A DNA stretch of 62,982 nt, the filler included, from Hyphochytrium catenoides (lineage: Eukaryota > Protista > Hyphochytriomycota), in assembly GCA_900088475.1 (NCBI GenBank). It is 8 parts of 8 records of this genome, joined end to end, with 100 filler letters (N's around TTAATTAATTAA, not from the genome) between each part and the next. Parts side by side here need not be neighbours in the genome. Positions count along the whole stretch, not along the records: positions 11,164 to 30,980 come from FLMG01002033.1; 7 more parts are not named here. The stretch is one strand, 5' to 3'. The position numbers and the translations under genes are program-made. Of the stretch, positions 12,860-24,417 are shown in pieces. Positions within the stretch are counted from its first letter, which is position 1, and the number at the start of each line of letters is the position of its first letter. A model generated the notes under the pieces. That model ran no database searches. It had not been told where the DNA came from and worked only from the letters and a program-made list of their open reading frames with translations.

Positions 12860-13366
12860 CTATGCCCTTCTCCTCCACTCTCCCCCCTTTCCACTAGCAA
12901 TGGGGTTTCTTGCCCTAGAGCCGACGTAGTGGCGTGTCTCGCTATAGTCTTCACATGAACCCTCATCAGCGTCACGGTTACGTCTTTCCTTCTCTTCTGG
13001 GTCGTCTTCAACTCCGCAGAGCAAGAGGCAACGGTTGTTGTAAGTCTTCCCCATGTAGCAGACAGGCTCATAGTCCGCACTGCAATTGCAAGGAGGGCAT
13101 GATCCCTCAGAAATCTTGGTCTCATCCAGTTCTTCTTTCTTCAAGGAGCATTGGAGGCAAATCCTGTTGGAGTACGTCTCTCACTTGTAGCACACAGGCA
13201 AATCAACGGACGGGCACCGGCAGTCAGCCAGTGAGTTTACTCCGGTCGACGCAGTTAGCCCTATTGGATTCCTTGAGCCTGCGCGTAGTACCATTGTCGT
13301 TGTGGTGCATCCACTCACAAGCACAACAAGCAGTAGGGGTTTGATGATTGGGGTCTGGAGCTTCAT
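12860..13366 (-). pseudogene. Secreted two-domain Kazal-like protease inhibitor with one in-frame TGA
   Basis: Signal peptide, then DCRCPSVDLPVCYK*ETYSNRICLQC..EGSC and PCNCSADYEPVCYMGKTYNNRCLLLC..EGSC in a single frame. TGA at 13181-13183. Confidence 0.82.
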
Positions 13367-14559
13367 TGTTATTACTTAGATATCAGCTGCCTGGTGGGTG
13401 GTGTGGCGGCGTGGGGCTTGGTGACGATGCAAGTAGACTGGGAATTGAAAAGTGAACGCTCTAAGGAGCAGGGTTCCCGAAAGAGAAAAAGTGCTGGCTG
13501 TGCCCCTTCATCTCTCTTCCTCTAACAAGCCATCCCTCTAATAAGTTACAGACCTACAACGAGCAAGATAAAGAGGTCGTGCCAATCCAGTCTTGTCTAA
13601 TAAGTGAGAGAAGACGAGGGGCAAACTCAGAACGCCAGAAGAATGCGCCATAGTGCCTCAGTAGTACGGCAAGTTCTCTGTCTTATACCTCTGTCCTTTT
13701 CCTGCTTGCCTTCGTCACTACCAGTCGCTTGGCAAGGTACCAATCAAAAGTGGAGTTTGGAATGTGGGACTAACCTTCTTCTGCTGGACCTCTTCCGAGA
13801 GGAAGAGACGAGTCATCAGACTTTCTGGATTCATTGTTTTTAGAACATTATCCCTGAAGAACTCTGAGCTGCCGTCGCTCGTAGCTTTGATCACGCACGG
13901 CCGGTGGAACTTATTTAGGGCGTTGTGTTGCCCTTCCTTTCTCACCCTCCCTTCTCTGTTGGACGTTGACACCAGGAAGTACAGTCCGCGAAGAAATGAT
14001 CTTCTTTCATGACGGCATGCTTCACGCACCGTGGACCCCAGCTCCGTCTCTATTATGCACTGACGAATGGAGGTTGTTCCTCTCTATCTATTACTCCGCA
14101 CTTTCTTACTTCCTTCTTTCTTTCTTCTCTTCTAAACAGTACCTACTCTTTCTTTTCTCTAGCATACTCCGACTCTTCTTCTTCTTCTTCTTCTTCTTCA
14201 GTCTTTTCGGTCCGGCTCTTTCCTGGTCGTCCTCCTCGGTCTGGCGGCAAAGGGGCCCTGTCGCGATTTAGCACTTCGAACTCTATTGTTATGAGACTAC
14301 CAAGCCCTAGTACAGTAGTAGTAGAAGCCTATAGTCACCTCTAAAACGGTACTAGGACAGGCCGTCCGCCACACAAAGTGGGCTTCTTTCCAAGTGTGGG
14401 GTCATTCTTATTAGGCTTTTTTAGTATAGGCGTAAGGGCGTATTGTATGTGGACTTCGACCTTTGCATTGGGAGCTTGTGAGGAGGGTAGTTCTACCTTA
14501 GTTGATAGCCCACGAGAATAGACTAACCCGTGATCCCCGACGAAGGCAGCATCCCAGAA

Positions 14560-14910
14560 AGGCGTAAGGCCTCATGGACGGATGGAGAGAATGTAAGCAG
14601 GCAGAGGTCTTTGAGGTGCTGGGGCCGCAGCTGAGATGCGCCACCAGCCGGACCAGAAGAAGGGAAGCTTGCAATTCGAGCAGTGCCAGAAGGAGCAGGG
14701 AACGACGAAGAAAATGCATCATCTTGAGAAAACGGTAGAGAAAGAGCGGTAGAAGAGAAAGGGATCGCAGAAAGAGGAAGGCGAGCGCCCCCGGGGTGCT
14801 TGGATCTAAGAATAGAAAGAGTTTCCGCCGATGGAGAAGAAGCAATACCTTCTGACAAGAGGGTAACGACAGCTTTTGGAAACAGTCCGGCTTTAGCCAG
14901 TTTGGACGCT
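14560..14910 (-). mobile_element. Degenerate non-LTR retrotransposon (CRE/SLACS-like) pre-RT region, possibly extending to ~15700
   Basis: SKLAKAGLFPKAVVTLLSEGIA..TLSILRSKHP..SFPSSGPAGGASQLRPQHLKDL resembles the LxxKHP and GxSGLRPQHLKD motifs found before the RT of CRE-clade elements. Confidence 0.68.
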
Positions 14911-16799
14911 GGACGCTATTTGATAGTGGGAGAAGTTTCGTAGTGGCTGCAGGGCTACTAGCAGGCTGATGAAAGGGCAGAGAAGACGGATGACAAGCCG
15001 CTCCTGTCTCGTCCCACAGAACCCAGTAAATCGCCAGCTTGTCACCGAGAGAGACGGTGTAAAATCACGTCAGAGAGATTGTCCTTTCTGGCACGGGGGC
15101 AGCCGGAGGAGAGTAGCGAACGACAGCTTCTGGGAAAAAGGTGGATTGAAGACCAAGAAGCAGTGGAGTTGAAAAAAATAGCGCACGTCTTGAGCAACGA
15201 TTGAGAAGCAAAGAGCTCAGTAATCTAAGTTGGACGATGGACTCTTGCGGATAGACGTTCATGGGAGCTGGCAGATTTCATGAGGGACAGGTGACAGGGT
15301 TCTTGCGAAGGAGATGAGAGAAGGAGAAGGAAGAAGTCTGAGAGGGGTGCTCTGTGAGTGAGAAAGAAGAGGAAGCAGCATTGAAGGGAGAGGGGAAGAG
15401 GAGGGTCCACAGGAGGGCGGAGGAAGAGAAGAGGAGGCAGTAGGGAAGAGTGGCAGCCGAGAAAGAGGAGAGGAAGAGGTGGTGGGTGGCAGGCGGCTGG
15501 AAGATGCTGAACCCGCCATCACCTGGGTGAAGTGTTCGCGGCGCAGTTGATGGTTCCGTTCGGCGAGGAACAACAGGATTTAAAATTCAGACATACGACC
15601 ATTTGGTAGGTGCTGGAAAAGTTTGGACTGGCTGAGGCTTGGCGCCAATGTGGATAGGGGACAGGGCAAATGTTGGGAGAGAGCGCCGCACGAAGAAGAC
15701 CCCTGCTTTGACTTGGCGAGCTGCAGTAGTTGGAGCTCCAGAAGAAATGTCAGCTAAAAGCGCTGCACAACCTGGTCAATGACACTTTCTTCCATCAATA
15801 GACTCGTGCATCAACCTTCTTTTTGCTGGTGCCGAACGCCGCACTGGGCCTTGATACAGAAATGAGGATACCATCTCACCATCCGCAGCTGTGCGAGGAG
15901 TAGCTGCTACTCTAGATGCAGCAGCAGAAGAGGAGAACCTCATTGGGCACTTCTCCTCCTGTTTCCAATCCCAGATGCCCACCCAGTTCACCTCTACACC
16001 CACGACTCCCGCTGCCATTGAGGACGCTTCTTCTTACGAGCTATCTGTCTACATAGATAGATACGTTTACTGCATCAATTGGAGATAATTCAAGGAAGTC
16101 TTGCATAGAGGTTCCTACCACGATAATGTGATTGTCTTGACAGAAAGAGGTGCACACTTCTCTCATTTCTTCTGACGCTGAATGGCGGTTTGTGCCGTGT
16201 GCGTGGGGCATCGTCAGTAGCCTACCTAGCATAGAAAACGCTAGAGGGTGATGGGACAAGCGGTTTAACGCTGAATGACGAACAGCACCGGGGGAACTAC
16301 TCAAAGGGACTGCTACCTCTTCTTGTCCTTGAATGTTTATTTTAGACCCTGCGGACCTCTCAGTACGGCTTGGAATGGAGGAGAGACTAAGGTGGTGGAC
16401 CGCTATTTTGCAGTGATGGACCTTCTAGCTCCCTATTAGGCTCGTAATCCTAATGCGTGGAGACATGGACGCCTCTAGGATACCGTGGGCAATAGCTTTA
16501 TTGCGTTTTCTATGACCATAAATCCATTAAGCGCCCGTACATGCGCCATTAGCACCCCTCCTGGACTTCTACCTCTCACCTCATCCCCACTCCTCTACTC
16601 TTCTTCGTATTGCCCACTGGTGACAGACTGTCTTCTCTTCGTTATCGCGTTCTACCTGCAGAATCGAGGCCTCCCGTTGAGGAACTTTGAACGCCCAGCA
16701 GCAACGACATGTTAGCGGTGGCGCAACGGCGTTTTCATTCAATGACTTACACCTATGTTGTCTTTGGCTCTCTTACTACTGGGGCTCTGTGTTCTGAGC

Positions 16800-18722
16800 C
16801 TAGGATTGAGGGACAAGGACAGCCTTACGGGCCTCCTGTGAGAGCCTGGTAAAGCTCTCTACCATCCAATCTCTCTCCTTTTCTGACGAACACTCTAGGT
16901 CCAATGTGCGGTCCCTATCAACGAAAGAGAAGTAGAGGTTGTCCTTCGAAGACGACCCTGACTTCTTTAGAACATCCGTTTTTCTTCCTATGCAAATCTG
17001 TGTATATGCCCATATGATTAGTACCTGAGCCCAGTCCTTGAATAATAGCAACGTTTCTCTAGGTTGAATAAAGATAGTGCAACAAACAGGGTTGTTAAGC
17101 AAAGGATATACCTCTTTAACATCAGCTAGCGAGATGCTGCGATCAGCGCTTGGTGTGAGCCTGGCTCCGGGATTAGTCCAAGAGAGCCAGGAGAACTCTG
17201 CATCACAAAAAAGCCGGCGCTCGTGCGGTCGACCCATCTTCCCATGCTTCAATATCTCAATCTTTCCTGATGAATAAGAAGGAAACGCAAGAAGAGCGAA
17301 CAGAGTTACAGCTCGTTATACCCGGGGGAGAAGTCATGATGTCACACAAACCTAGGAGTAAGCTCGCTTTGAACGTCTCATAATTCTTGGGATTTGTCGA
17401 GGTGCTCCCCTGCTGCGGACTCTCCTCGCTCTTCTTTTCTGGCACCCGAGACTCCTTCACTAAGGTGGCTGTTTGCTCTAACTGCTGGTTGTCCGGCGGT
17501 TGCTTAGCCGAAGATACAGACTCTTCTTCAGACTCTGATTCCTCTCGTCTTGCACTAGGCTGCAACCCTAACTTCTCGCATATCTTCGTGGTAACGTCCT
17601 CCACATCGCCACTCCCATCCACGCGACACAGGATTTGCTCATACTTTGATAGCAAAGGAGAAATGGAGCTGGAAAGAAATAGCTTAATATGCCGGTGTAA
17701 ACGAAGATGAGCAAAGATGTACAAGCGAAGATGAGCAAAGATGTACAAGCGAAGATGAGCAAAGATGTACAAGCGAAGATGAGCAAAGATGTACAAGCGT
17801 ACTAAGCAGAAGAGGAAAAGGATATGTCGAGACAGTGTGACGACGTCCATTCGGAGAGCAGTGCAAAAAGAATATGGGGAGAAGAGCCCACAGAAAGGAA
17901 GAGAGTACAGGGCCAGCCAGACCTGCGAAAGGCTTCAAGTCTCCCTTGAAGACTGCTAAGGTTGTCATCCACGCGCTGCACCAGCACGTAAGAGGGTGAG
18001 ACTACTTAGAGATCCCTCAATCTAATACGCTCAGCGCTACTGACCTGAATAGATCTTCTTCGTGCTGCTGGAGTAGGAGGTTGATTTAGTTGGGTGTGAT
18101 AAATTTCGCCCGTAATTTTATCTACTAATCGGCCCGTGATGCGATGCTCGATCGTCAGAGTATCCACCTTGCGATAGAGGTTAGCCCGCACGGGGACACG
18201 GGCTATGCGGAGCCACTAACCTCTAAGAGAAGAACCTTTATGGGGTAGATCTTTGAGGCCTCAATTGCATTTGCCTGGGCTATTGTCATAGGAAAACCGT
18301 CCAGAACCCATCCATCTCTTTGGCAGTCCTCTTCGTTGAGCCTTTGACGAACCATCTCCACAATAGTCTGCGTTAACGGCCGTTATCATACACTCGAGAT
18401 CCTAAGCAAGGGATTTTCTAGAGTCGGCTGGCAAGAAAGAAGTACTGGATCGTACCTCATCTGGCACAAGCTTGTTCTCTTTTATGCACGCAGAGGCCAA
18501 AGCGCCTTCAGTAGAACCCCGCCTGATGTTCTGCTTGAGAAGCCCGCCGGGTGCAATGTGAACAACCCCAAGCTTGGCACCAAGATTTCTGGAAATTGTC
18601 GTTTTCCCAGAGCCTGAAGGTGAGGTCAGTGCCGTACCCGTCCCTTCATCACCACTAACATACGCACCTGGAGGTCCTAGGAGTATGACTCCTAGAGGCG
18701 TTGTCGGCATAGGAGTAGTCAT
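16800..18722 (-). CDS. Adenylate kinase-like domain fused to a C-terminal PLC/PRAF-type PH domain, multi-exon
   Basis: The spliced P-loop reads GPPG|SGKTT (54-nt intron). Also [28 protein letters not shown] and RVDD. PH motifs: [48 protein letters not shown]. Confidence 0.88.
17703..17799. repeat. Intronic minisatellite, 24-bp unit x4
   Basis: (gaagatgagcaaagatgtacaagc)x4, perfect copies. Confidence 0.95.
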
Positions 18723-19645
18723 CCTCTCACTGTCAGGTTGTTCCTATCTCTTGGAGCTAAACCTGATTGTTGAGACGGAACACGAATTATGGTATGGAGC
18801 TGACAAGCAGATATATGGAGATTGCAGCCCGGGGACAGCTGCTACTTCGCCAGCAGCCAGCAACTCTTGGCCAGCCAGCCAGCCAGCCCTACTTCAGGTC
18901 TCCCTAGGTAGTCAGGCGCAGCACCTTCCCTCGTTGATTGGGGATTCTTATTTTCAGTGTTCCTAGGCACCTCCTTCTCCGAGAGGATGACTGGGGTAGC
19001 TTTGCATTACTATTACAGCTGACAATAGACTTTTGGTTGTTGAGGGCTGTATTCTTACCCCCAGCGGCCGTTATTTGCTGTCTCAAGCGTTGCTCTCTCC
19101 TTTTCCTCTACCTCCACGCCCAACCCCAAGAAATAAAAGTGGATCTCGATAGAAGAAGATCGTCCTCGAGGTAGCTCTCCACTCCTCTTCCTTCCTCCAC
19201 AGCAGCAGGATGTAAATGTCTTCCCCTCACGACCTCGCTTCTCTTCTTGTGCACTGGTAGATCCAAGAAGCCGTAAGCCACAGATCGCCTAATATCTACG
19301 TAGCAGAGGCTTTATATAGCAGCGGAGCAATGTGACTGTGGTGCTTCGTCGTGTCGTGCTGCATGCAATTTGAACATCAATTGTTTATTATTTGAGCAAG
19401 ACGTTCACATGACTCAAGTACGAGAGTTGGAGCATAACGCTCCCCAAAAGTGCACAAGCCCCACACCGTGGTGCAAATGGGAGTAGATAGAGATCGCAGA
19501 GGTGTTAGGTGCGAGAAAAGGCGTTGCGAAAATGGCTAAGAATAACTCTTCGAGGAAGGAGCATCTGGGAAGCACTCCCCGATTTATCTTTTCTGCTGTC
19601 CTCGCGTTCAGTTCAGAGGAGCTCCTCCAAAGAAGTTTGTGTGCC

Positions 19646-21862
19646 TCAGCAAAGGAAGATGGTCCTCTTGTTACCACCAGAAGTCTCCAGCCGTCGGATC
19701 TTCGCAGATTGGAGAGCCTTTAGACGAGCGTTCCAATCCTTGAGGGTCTCGGGCCCGATTTCGTGAACATAATGCGGAATGTTCTCCTTTTCGGGGTTGT
19801 CTTGTCCAATGTATAGCTCCCGGTGGTGATACCGCAAGAAATAGTTATGGAATGCTCGCGCGTCCTGCCCATTCAGCCGTGCAAATTGGCCGCGGTTGCT
19901 CAATCTGCTACACCGCTCTCGATCCCACATAATAATGCGCCCATTCTTCATCTCGCTGGGGAAGCGCTGGAAGATGCTGGCTATTTCTTCGAAAAGTAGA
20001 CTAGCACTAGAAAGAGGGTCGGACGTAGCTGAAGAAGATAGGGCATGTTAGGGGAAGATCCCAACAGTTAGAAATGGTCGACTTACCGCCATCACCTTCT
20101 TCCTTGTGGTTTTCCTGGCGGATGTTGCTTGCTTCTGATATCTCGTCTGGCACTTTTGTTTGTAATGGTCCGGATGACTGGGACCTCTGAAAGAGGTAGG
20201 TCATTTTCAGAGCAAGATGGTGGTCATTCTTGAGCTCACGTAAGCTTGCATTCCATGATCTAAGGACGGTCTCGCATTGGATGTGGAGGGTTGTCCGACC
20301 AACCCCTTGGAAATCCTGTCCCCAATAGATCTCAGTTGAGCTGTGCTCGAGAAGGAGAAGCCCCAGTCTCTCTAACTCAAGAGGCGTCTTGGCCGAGATA
20401 GCAGAGTGTGTTCGCTCTCCCCGGTCGCAGTCCCAAAGGTAGAGAGTGTACTCTTGCTCATCTTCTAAGAGGTCTCTGAGCTCTTGAAGCAGGTCCAGGA
20501 AGTCCTGCTCAAGCTCCAGACCGACGTCCGAGAGGCGTAGCTGGGAATATACACGCAGAAACCGGAGTCGAATTTTAAGGTTGAGGTCGCGAAGCGCGCA
20601 CGCCCCCACGTTGACAGCGTAATCCGGCAACGGTTGTTGATCTTGTTCTCCTATATAGATTTCTCGACTGCGATGATTCTCGAGATACTCCTCAATGCTT
20701 GATATCCGAGTCGCAATGCTCTGTCTTATCTTCCGGCCTTGAACAAAGTCCCAAATTGTCAGTCCACCAGTCCGTTCCACATTACAGTCCCGGAAGAGCT
20801 TCGCGACTCCACTCAACACGTTGCTTGAAGGAGCTCTGTTCTGCCTTGTGTCGCAATCCCTGTCCGTGCCAGGCGCTGGTCCCTTTATCTGGATCGTTCG
20901 ATGGTGCTGTTTGTCAAACTTCAGCCCTGTCTTAGATCCAATCTTCTTCGCATGGATATTGTAGCGGGACTCTTCTTGCGTCTTGCTTGACACTCTGCAT
21001 GACATATCGTCTGAAAGACGTGATCTTCCATTGTTGATGGAGGTAGGCCTCCGTCCAAGAAACTCATAGAGTCCAGCTGCCACAATGGCCCGGTGGAGCT
21101 CTTCCTTACTTGTAAATGTATCCAGGTTAAGAGTTTCTTCTCCGGTGGGAGTATCTGCCTTGACCCAGCACCGCTTATGTAGGCCGCCGAAATTTCGAAC
21201 TTCTTCTGTCCACCCGTTGAGGGAGAGAACATCCCAAGCTTCAGTGCAGGTGGGACACTTATGAGAGCAGTTCCCTTGGCATGCAGAGCCAATTGGCAAA
21301 GGGCTTTCAGAGTTATAGTCATCCCGATCTAAGGGGTCATCGTTGTCTTCGAAGAGGTGCCTCCTTGCCTTTTGGGCGGACGGAGCGCTAAACCTGACCT
21401 TCTTGTTATTCATTATCTCATCTCCATCTCCTGGCAAATATAATGATGCGCTGGAGGGTCTCTTTCGTAAGATAGAGGAGGGCTGGCCATGCTTAAGAGG
21501 GGTTACGAAATCCGAATGCTCCTGGCGCAGCCAAACGGATGATCGCTTGCCATAGGCCACGGACAACCTACGCTGATAGCAGGCAATACGGCAATTAAGC
21601 TCGGCGATGAGAGCTTTATGGTGAAGACTGGCGCTTTGTTCCAGAACGTCATCCTGATTATTGTAAAGCTCCTCCGTCGTGTGACGGGAAAAAATTGCCC
21701 GCAGCTGGTGGGCGTCGAGCCCTGTAGTAAAAGTCCCGCGGTAGACTTTTCTATGTAAGACACGGTCCCAGAGAAAGAGTCTAAAGTCTTTATCTTGCCC
21801 GGTAACTGCGCATTGTGTTTCGGAGCTAAAAATCTTCTCTATCGTTAGAAAGAGCGCGAATC
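19646..21862 (-). CDS. 3' part of a large protein with four divergent BRK-like repeats
   Basis: The reading frame is open upstream of the listed ORF to an acceptor near 21863. Intron 20029-20086 (GTAAGT..CAG) joins it in frame to ORF 19646-19951. Four WD..HxxxE[IL]YxxQD..LxxxN repeats. Confidence 0.75.
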
Positions 21863-22152
21863 CTGGAGTATCAGCCAGTGAGAGCAGTCAGTCGACTATT
21901 ACAGAATTACCCATATAACAACGGGTCACCTTCTTTCTCATCCGCCTCAACTCCCTCTTGCGCAGCGTCTGGCAGAGAGAGACTTTTCCGGGGCCGGCTT
22001 GCGCCATACGTATCGAATACTGAGCTGGCCGATTGATCCCCATAATCTTGGATAAGGCAATCAGTATACTCAGAATCGGACTTCAGGACCTTGACGACGT
22101 GAAATGACAGGAAGGTATTTTAGATCGAGGGCCGCCTTGCTTGCACATGCGG

Positions 22153-23001
22153 TTATGCGGTTACTTTACTGACCTCATCAGCATCTAGATCAGTCCATGG
22201 AAAGAGCGGACCAACGTCTCCCCACAGTGGGTCGTCTTTGATAATAGGGTCGAGGACTCCTCTCGGCTCTTTCAAAGTATGGGCAGCGGAGAAGTCTTTG
22301 TCGTGCAGATGTGCTTCCAAAAACTCGCTGGCGAAGCTGAGCTTATCATTTTCTGCACCCAGCTCCTCATCGCTGTGAAAGGGGTCAAATTCTTCGTAGT
22401 CGGAAAGCTCTTCTTTGCACTCGAGGTCCTCACTATCGTCGCTTCTTTCTACCGCATTGGTCAGAAATCCTGTCCCATCCGCAGAGGAATGAGACTGGTC
22501 TCCTGATGGTTCGTCCTGGAGGCTAGCACTGAACGTACGGGTGAGCTTAATAATCCATTGCTGCAGAGCTGAAGCAACCCACCTTGAAGCACCTTGAGAA
22601 ATCTCTACTGTTAGAGGCTGCTCTACTGCAGGTGCCTGCCCCTTCGTCAGCTCTAGGAGGTGAAGCTGGTGTAAATCTCTATTCGGGTCGGAAAACTTCG
22701 GTATTTCATCGGCTCCAGGCAGACCATCGGTAGCGATAGGGCTAACATCATGTTTCTCTTGCTGGTCACTAAATTCTATCTTCTGGTGCCCGTGCTCAAC
22801 TGGTTCCTTTGATGGGCTCTTTTGCAAAACAGATTCATGATGATCGCTCACACTGGTCTGGTTTATAGACGATGGGTCCACTGATTTTGCTCCTGTTGCG
22901 AAGTGGAATGCGGAACTCAGCCGACAGGACCTAGGAGGCGGCACAGCAAGATAAGCTTCAAATGCTTTACCGTCGATGCTGATGATCGGGTTGAGGAGCA
23001 A
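22153..23001 (-). CDS. Acidic, low-complexity exon, probably the upstream part of the BRK-like repeat gene
   Basis: 282-codon open frame on the same strand directly upstream. The splice connection was not resolved. Confidence 0.5.
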   Translation of the reverse strand: MLLNPIISIDGKAFEAYLAVPPPRSCRLSSAFHFATGAKSVDPSSINQTSVSDHHESVLQKSPSKEPVEHGHQKIEFSDQQEKHDVSPIATDGLPGADEIPKFSDPNRDLHQLHLLELTKGQAPAVEQPLTVEISQGASRWVASALQQWIIKLTRTFSASLQDEPSGDQSHSSADGTGFLTNAVERSDDSEDLECKEELSDYEEFDPFHSDEELGAENDKLSFASEFLEAHLHDKDFSAAHTLKEPRGVLDPIIKDDPLWGDVGPLFPWTDLDADEVSKVTA

Positions 23002-24417
23002 GCTGAGGCTTCCCTGCTGCTGGCGTGCTGGGCTCCTTTCGCGTTGATGGCAACTGCCAATGCGGTAAGAATTCCTAGATCCCGTTAATAAGAGTTGGAC
23101 AAATCTGCTTACACTGAGGCCTCTTCCACCATTTTGCCTTCCTTCTCAGCAATATAATTTGCTGGCAGCGCAGGTGTTGTCGAGTGGACCCAAGCGCACT
23201 GCCAATGGACCCTAGCACAGCCTAACACACCACCAGTGAACCGGTCCCCGTCCGTTGATGGACGGATAGCCAATGTACTTCCAATGTGGTCAGCGCCTGG
23301 ACAGTTGGACTGCCGTGAGCTGTGGTGCACCAAAGTAGATTCCGCTCTGAGCTCCCAGTCAGCGCCGCCGTCGCGCGCCAATCCTCAGGCACTTTTCCGA
23401 TTTGGTATTCTCGCGTTGTTTTTCGCTGGAGTCGAAATTGCGGCTTCGGAATTGCTGGAACGGAAAGGACACAGGGCTGGCCCCGTAATAATAGGCTGAG
23501 CGTTTGGAGAAGCAACAACTATACTTGTATACAGAATAAGAAGGAGTAGTAATAAGGATACGTTTATGATGGATAAGAAAAGACATCAAGACGCCAAGAT
23601 TCAGCTGTCGTAGGGTATCCAGTATAAAGGAATAATAGCCTAGACACATTACTAAATAGAAAGCTTTTGATTACGAAACCGAATGATGGTTCCAAGACAA
23701 ACACCTTCTCTCGCCCCCTTGCTCTTTTGTGTGCCAAGAAGCGAGAAGTGGAGTTGAAGCTGAAAGAAGGCGTTAGCACCTCTGAAGCATGGGCTTTATG
23801 GTTATGAGATGAGGGTGACTTCATAATATCTGGGTCTAGACCCAGATCTCCATTTGCGAGATTGAGTCCTACTTTTGAGGGACGAAGAGTCAGATTACTA
23901 CTCTCTGTGTGTCGCTTCCCTCCCTCCGCCTCCTACGGCGCACGCCCGCCTCGGAAGCTTATAAAGGTGATGAGTGATGAGTGATGAGCGATAAGCTTGA
24001 GGCTAAATAAGCTCGTAAAGGTGGTCTTTGACGCTTCGTGATATTCCTTACCATTTATTTTTATAGAAGACTTTTCACACGCCGTTGAGCCTTACAGACA
24101 AGTTCGGCAAGCGTCAGAGTTGGAGGGCGGTTGCCTTGGCGCCATTCTTCCTTTTAAGGTGGGGCCGAAGGCTTGTGGCAGCCGCCTGATGATGAAATAA
24201 AGAGACTTTTAACAAGAGCCAGATGGGTTGGGAGATGATATCCGGAAGCTCAACGCTCACCTATAAAGTTAAGCTGCGGTCCAATTTATGTACCGCTCCA
24301 GTTCTAAGGGCTGCCCAACACTGCTCAGTATGACGTGGGTGCCAAACCACAGCCGAGCTCGCAGGCTCCTGCACTGTTTGAGTTGATATTAGACTGTGGA
24401 TGCAGGCCAATAATAAA

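Noticed and set aside
13181-13183. Selenocysteine or alternative genetic code suggested by in-frame TGA in the Kazal genes
   Set aside because: This TGA aligns to Gly, the other TGA is in a frameshifted copy, and TGA is a normal stop elsewhere (e.g. the Myb gene).
17257-17850. ORF with (RLYIFAHL)n peptide repeats
   Set aside because: Translation of a 24-bp minisatellite that appears intronic in the AK-PH gene.
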